Shown here: positions 59,623-64,000 of the stretch, piece by piece
Layout of the letters: each line of letters opens with the position of its first letter
Position numbering within the stretch: the first letter of the stretch is position 1
Source of the DNA: an uncultured Ignavibacteriales bacterium
GTDB taxonomy: Bacteria; Zixibacteria; MSB-5A5; GN15; FEB-12
Assembly: GCA_964544635.1 (NCBI GenBank)
Contig: CAZJCK010000007.1
Location: forward strand, 434-64,433
DNA length: 64,000 nucleotides
Reading direction: 5' to 3'
Notes under the pieces: model-generated
Seen by the model: only the letters and a program-made list of their open reading frames with translations
Database searches by the model: none
Told to the model about the DNA's origin: nothing
Position numbers and translations under genes: made by a program

Positions 59623-59650
59623 TATATAGAAGATTTCAAATGAATGTCAA
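59623..59650 (-). promoter_or_regulatory. Sigma70-type promoter of tRNA-Arg
   Basis: Minus strand TTGACA (59650-59645), 16 nt spacer, TATATA (59628-59623). About 20-30 nt upstream of the mature 5' end. Confidence 0.5.
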
Positions 59651-59676
59651 CCCCTTTTGCCGCCCCGCAAGTCCCC

Positions 59677-60738
59677 TCAGCGGCCGGTCGTAAAGTAGAT
59701 AATCGCCGCCGCCACGACCACAAACGCCACAAATATCAACAGGGTGCCGAACTTGTTGCCACCGGAACTTTCACTCTCCGAGTTGTGACTGCGGTCCTCT
59801 TCCTCTTCCTGGAACTCGCGGATCTGCTTCAGCCAGCCATCCTCGACCTGCAACAGCTCCTGGTTCTCCTCAGTGATAGTCACGGTCTCGACTTCCGGGA
59901 TCGGGCTGTCGGAGACCTCCTCGACCCGAATCGCGATGACCGTCACATTGTCATTGCCGCCCCGGTCGTTGGCCATCTGCACCAGGTTTTCGACCATCTG
60001 ATCGAGATTATCACGCTCTTTGTTGGCGACGTCAAATATCTCCTCGTCGTCGGCAAAGCCGCATAAACCGTCGGAGCACATAATAAACGTTTCGCCCGGC
60101 TTCATCTTGCGCAGGGTGTAGTCGACCTCGACGTTGGGACGCACCCCCAGGGCCCGCGTGATGATGTTCTTGGCCACCATCTGGGAGGCCTCTTCGTGCG
60201 AGATTCCCTGCTGCTGTTCGACCTCGGAAACCCAGGAATGGTCGCGCGTCAGAGGCACCAGCTTGTTTTCGTTGAGACGGTAGGCGCGGCTGTCGCCGAC
60301 ATGAGCGATCGAGACGGTGTCGGCCTCGAACGACATGGCCACCACCGTGGTTCCCATCCCCTGCTTCTCCTTATCCTCCATGGCCATATTGTAGATATTG
60401 CGATTGGCCAGCCGGATCGATTTCACGAGTAATTCGCCGGTCGGGGGGAAGGTGCGCCCGAAGTTCAGGCGGCTGTCATTGAGAATCTGCTTTTCGAAAT
60501 TATGGAAGACGGTCCGCATGGTATCCGAGGCGGTCATCGAAGCGACCTCGCCTGCCTGGTGACCACCCATGCCGTCACAGACGGCGTAGACGTGGCAGTC
60601 TTCGTCGAGATGCAGATAGTCCTGGTTATTTGAGCGAACCAAACCAACATCGGTTTTGCCCGCGACAGTCAATCGAAACGACACGTATCTCCTCACCGGT
60701 TTGTTCTTTTTGCCGGTCATACCTGACACTATCCCCAC
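59677..60738 (-). CDS. PP2C-family Ser/Thr phosphatase with a C-terminal membrane anchor
   Basis: GLVRSNNQDY, VCDGMGGHQAGEVAS, GMGTTVV, CSDGL, DNVTVI motifs. C-terminal TM FGTLLIFVAFVVVAAAIIYF. Confidence 0.88.
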   Translation of the reverse strand: MGIVSGMTGKKNKPVRRYVSFRLTVAGKTDVGLVRSNNQDYLHLDEDCHVYAVCDGMGGHQAGEVASMTASDTMRTVFHNFEKQILNDSRLNFGRTFPPTGELLVKSIRLANRNIYNMAMEDKEKQGMGTTVVAMSFEADTVSIAHVGDSRAYRLNENKLVPLTRDHSWVSEVEQQQGISHEEASQMVAKNIITRALGVRPNVEVDYTLRKMKPGETFIMCSDGLCGFADDEEIFDVANKERDNLDQMVENLVQMANDRGGNDNVTVIAIRVEEVSDSPIPEVETVTITEENQELLQVEDGWLKQIREFQEEEEDRSHNSESESSGGNKFGTLLIFVAFVVVAAAIIYFTTGR

Positions 60739-60811
60739 CTCTGCCGAAACACCCGTGATGCGTTGTATCTATTCGCTGAATATCGGTAGCTTAACTCTAC
60801 GACACAATAAT

Positions 60812-60839
60812 AAAAAAGCCCCGGAACGATGTCCGGGGC
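60812..60839 (-). terminator. Rho-independent terminator
   Basis: Minus strand: gccccgga-catcgt-tccggggc followed by tttttt. Confidence 0.7.
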
Positions 60840-60868
60840 CGGTAACTTTCGAATAACGGAAACGGCAA

Positions 60869-61927
60869 CTATTTTAGCAGCACCATCTTGCGGGCCTCGC
60901 TGAACTGCTCGGTGACCAGCCGATAGAAGTAAACTCCACTGCTCAGGTCGGAGGCATCATAGTCGATCTCATGGTCGCCCGACGACAAGACGCCGAGGTC
61001 AATACGGTCAACCGTCCGCCCCAACAGGTCGATAATCGTCAGTTCGGCCGCCGTCCGCGACGGCAGCGAAAAGCCGATCGTGGTCGAAGGATTGAACGGG
61101 TTCGGGTAGTTCTGGCGCAGGGCAAAGCCGCCCGGCAGCAGATTGTCAGCCGGGTCGTCGACGTCGGTGATCGACTTGGTGACGATCACTTCGTCGTCCA
61201 CCCGCTCACCGGTGTCCAGGTTCGAATACACACTGAACGGCACATTGTAGGTGGTATCGCCGCCGCCGCCGAAGAAGTTCAGGGTGATATCGAAGTACAG
61301 GCTGACCTCTTCACCCGGCTCGGCATACACGAAGTCGTTCTGTGCCGCGGCGGTCCAGGCCGGAGAACTGCCGGTATCTGCCGTCTGGACGGTGACACTG
61401 TAGAAATCAAGGCCGTCGCCATCATTGCGCACCGTCACCCAGACCCGCCTGGTCTGGCCGGGCGCCATGAGCTGCGCCTGCGGCAGTGAGATCGGCGTGA
61501 GAGCCACTGTGCCGGTCGCGGAGAGTTTGACCCGGCGGACAAAGATGCTGTCCTCCTGGACGTTTTGCCATACTACGCTGCCTGAATCGACAGTAGCGGC
61601 GCGGCCGTTGATCGTAAATACGATTTCCTCACCGGTTGACATGCCCTCGTCTAAAGTATCCGGGGGGGTCTTGTCATCGCCGTACACTGCCATCGCACCA
61701 AACTTGCCGTGGGCATCGGTCACGGTGTCGCGGCCACAAATGACTCCAGACTGATCAAACGCTTCAATGATCGAACCTACCGGCAACAGCTCGCCGTTAA
61801 AGAGCTGGCCTTCGCCGGCATAGAATGCGTTTCGTTGTGTCGGGATTGGATCATCCGCGTGGGCCATTACACTTAGAGCGAAGACCGCCAGCAACAATCC
61901 GGTTGTAAGTATCAGGTATCTTTTCAC
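60869..61927 (-). CDS. T9SS-CTD surface protein (352 aa), unknown modules
   Basis: Signal peptide MKRYLILTTGLLLAVFALSVMAHA. CTD LRQNYPNPFNPSTTIGF..GVYFYRL..KMVLLK. N-terminal module shared with the neighbouring gene. Confidence 0.8.
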   Translation of the reverse strand: MKRYLILTTGLLLAVFALSVMAHADDPIPTQRNAFYAGEGQLFNGELLPVGSIIEAFDQSGVICGRDTVTDAHGKFGAMAVYGDDKTPPDTLDEGMSTGEEIVFTINGRAATVDSGSVVWQNVQEDSIFVRRVKLSATGTVALTPISLPQAQLMAPGQTRRVWVTVRNDGDGLDFYSVTVQTADTGSSPAWTAAAQNDFVYAEPGEEVSLYFDITLNFFGGGGDTTYNVPFSVYSNLDTGERVDDEVIVTKSITDVDDPADNLLPGGFALRQNYPNPFNPSTTIGFSLPSRTAAELTIIDLLGRTVDRIDLGVLSSGDHEIDYDASDLSSGVYFYRLVTEQFSEARKMVLLK

Positions 61928-61990
61928 TGTGTCACCATTCCGTTATTCGACAGGTGTTGATACACCCAACAGTTTTCCAAATTCTGCACT

Positions 61991-64000
61991 CTATTTCAAC
62001 AAGGTCATCTTCTTCGTTTCACTATAGTCGCCGGCCGACAGGCGGTAGAAATAGACCCCCGAGGCGGCTTGTTCGCCGCGCTGGTTGCGGCCATCCCAGA
62101 CTACCGTATTCTCGCCTGCCGTCGCCATACCGTCAAGCGGTACTGCAACCAGCTTGCCGAGAATGTTATAGACTTCCAGCTTCGCCTTGACCGCGTTGGG
62201 GAGCGTAAAGCTGATGGTGGTCGTCGGGTTGAACGGGTTCGGGTAGTTCTGGGCCAGCGAGAAGCTGTACGGCACCACCGGGTCACCGCTGCCGGTGGAC
62301 AGCGAGGTCACTTCGAGTTTGGCACCCATGTCGGTCCAGGTAAACTGCTCGGCCGTTTCTTCTCCGTTGACCGAGAAGGAGAACGTCTGACCCTCCGCCA
62401 GACCGTCATTCTCATGGCCGGCATACACCGCCATGAAGCCAAAGGAACCGTCGCTGCGCACGCTGCTACGCCCGATAAGGGTACCATTTTCAGCATGGGC
62501 GGTCAGTTCGGTACCGGCCGGCAGCAGCATGCCGTCGACCTTGAGAGCCTTGCTGTAGACGTTCATCCAGCGGTTAGTGATCGATACGGCGTCATTCGAC
62601 GCTGCCAGCGGCTGTCCCAGAATCCTGCGGCTGTTGGTCAGCGGCCCGGATTCACCGTAGATCAGGCTCGACGGTTTGTCGACCTTGACCCAGTAACCGT
62701 TGCAGACGCTCATCTCGGTCAAGGTGTTAAATTCGTCACCCGGAATGTACACCGTACCGCCGCCGTCAAAGCCGAGGGCGACCAGCAGGTCATCCATCAC
62801 CGAGGCCAGGGCGGTTTCGACAGTCTGGGTGTCGCTCGGCAGGTAGGAGACAAGGTTCCAGCCCTGGTCGAGCGGGATCGGGGTGGTGGTCGGTACCGGT
62901 ACGCCGGTGATCGGCAGAGAAGTATCGCACGACACCTTGACCCAGTAACCGCTCAGGTGATCGACCTGCCACAGGGTTGAGAATGCCGGCAGGTTAGGAT
63001 CGTAGACCAGGCCGCCGCGCTCAAAGCCAAGGACGATTTCAAGGCACTCGCCCAGGGGTGCGAAGAACGAGGTGACATTGTCCGGTGTCTGGTCGAGGTT
63101 CCAGCTTATCAGGTTCCAGCCCTCGGTCAGTTCGCAGGCGAAGCCTTCGGGCGCACCCACTTCGAGGCAGACCTCAAAGTTGTCGCCGTTGGCGGTCCAG
63201 GTCCGCGGACCGGAGGCGATCGCTTCGATGCCGTTGACATAGAATCGGATCAGGTCACCCGGATCGGCGCCCTGATCGCCGGCGCTGTACTGGTCGTCGC
63301 GGTAGACCGGCAGGAAGCCGTACTTTCCTTCTTCGCTGACGAACGCCACGCCGCAGCGGACACCGTCAGGATCGAACGCCTCGACCACCGATCCAACCGG
63401 CAACGGACGTCCCATAAACATATTCGAGGAGCAGTAGAAGTCGACCCATTCCGGCGTCGGGTGCACCGGTCCAACCGGCTGCAGCACGATCATGATGCCG
63501 ACCTCTCCAAAGTTCACATCGAGTACGGTGTTCGGGTAGTAGCCTTCGGCGAAGGCATAAAGATCGAACGGTACGGTAGTGAAGTCGCTGAACGCCCAGG
63601 TGCCCTGGCCGTTGGCGATCGTCGTCGCTATAGTATCGCCGTCCGGGTAGTCACCGTACAGCCAGACGCCGGCATGCGGAATCGGGTTGCCGTCGGGATC
63701 GACCACATAACCGCAGACATAGTTGCCGGAGGTATCGACCACCAGGCCGCCTTCGACAAAGGCGGGCGTGGCCTGCAGCGGCGTGCCGCCACACAGCGTG
63801 TTGATCAACAGCGCCGCGCCGCCCGGATCGGGGTTCACTGTAATCGGGAAGTAGCCGGCCGGGGCTTCAACGGCTACCGAGAAATACAGCTCAGCAAACA
63901 GGTTATTGCCGGCCGCGACGGTATCAATCGAGGCACCTTCACAGACCGTGAAGTTTGCCGAGAACTGACCGGCGGCATCATCGATGTCAACCACCTGGTT
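61991..64000 (-). CDS. Large T9SS-CTD surface protein, N-terminus outside the window
   Basis: Frame open to the window edge. CarboxypepD_reg-like segment (GYVVDPDGNPIPHAGVWLYG..), repeated modules, CTD LAQNYPNPFNPTTTISF..GVYFYRL..KMTLLK. Confidence 0.8.
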   Translation of the reverse strand, partial: NQVVDIDDAAGQFSANFTVCEGASIDTVAAGNNLFAELYFSVAVEAPAGYFPITVNPDPGGAALLINTLCGGTPLQATPAFVEGGLVVDTSGNYVCGYVVDPDGNPIPHAGVWLYGDYPDGDTIATTIANGQGTWAFSDFTTVPFDLYAFAEGYYPNTVLDVNFGEVGIMIVLQPVGPVHPTPEWVDFYCSSNMFMGRPLPVGSVVEAFDPDGVRCGVAFVSEEGKYGFLPVYRDDQYSAGDQGADPGDLIRFYVNGIEAIASGPRTWTANGDNFEVCLEVGAPEGFACELTEGWNLISWNLDQTPDNVTSFFAPLGECLEIVLGFERGGLVYDPNLPAFSTLWQVDHLSGYWVKVSCDTSLPITGVPVPTTTPIPLDQGWNLVSYLPSDTQTVETALASVMDDLLVALGFDGGGTVYIPGDEFNTLTEMSVCNGYWVKVDKPSSLIYGESGPLTNSRRILGQPLAASNDAVSITNRWMNVYSKALKVDGMLLPAGTELTAHAENGTLIGRSSVRSDGSFGFMAVYAGHENDGLAEGQTFSFSVNGEETAEQFTWTDMGAKLEVTSLSTGSGDPVVPYSFSLAQNYPNPFNPTTTISFTLPNAVKAKLEVYNILGKLVAVPLDGMATAGENTVVWDGRNQRGEQAASGVYFYRLSAGDYSETKKMTLLK

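Overview
GC-rich, gene-dense chromosomal segment with about 50 CDS and one tRNA. I saw no rRNA, CRISPR array, transposase, integrase or prophage genes. All domain calls come from reading motifs in the translated ORFs; no HMM or BLAST search was possible. The source is probably an uncultivated bacterium of the FCB-superphylum type. Six proteins end in a T9SS type-A C-terminal sorting domain (..NYPNPFNP..T.I.F....GVYFYRL....KM.LLK), and three lipoproteins carry a Bacteroidetes-style acidic patch right after the lipid-modified Cys. Housekeeping genes: rarA, DUF721-gyrB, a co-directional pth-rpsF-rpsR-DUF2232-rplI-BFN nuclease block, copA behind an ECF sigma factor, an OmpR/HK pair, an M23 peptidase, an SDR, a PP2C phosphatase, a TonB-dependent receptor and tRNA-Arg(ACG). 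Accessory content is mostly predicted surface proteins built from cohesin-like, dockerin-like, TSP3 and T9SS-CTD modules, at 674-6115, 8058-9779, 48972-49751, 51358-54045 and 60869-64000. There is also a Bat-like envelope cluster (DUF4159, a giant coiled-coil membrane protein, TPR, DUF2723). Most worth a second look: (1) a perfect TTGACA-N17-TATAAT promoter at 9902-9930 followed by about 640 nt of ORF-free, palindrome-rich, GC-rich sequence, then three tightly packed small genes of unknown function; (2) tandem paralogs that combine cohesin, dockerin and a T9SS anchor in one polypeptide; (3) a chemoreceptor with three CZB zinc-binding motifs, two of them predicted periplasmic; (4) a sensor-less histidine kinase adjacent to and co-oriented with cheV; (5) a DUF134/NifX-like pair with a palindromic operator and an RG-repeat tail. 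Several near-consensus sigma70-type promoters (TTGAC[A/G]-N16/17-TATAxT) are visible, often with leaders of 125 to 640 nt.
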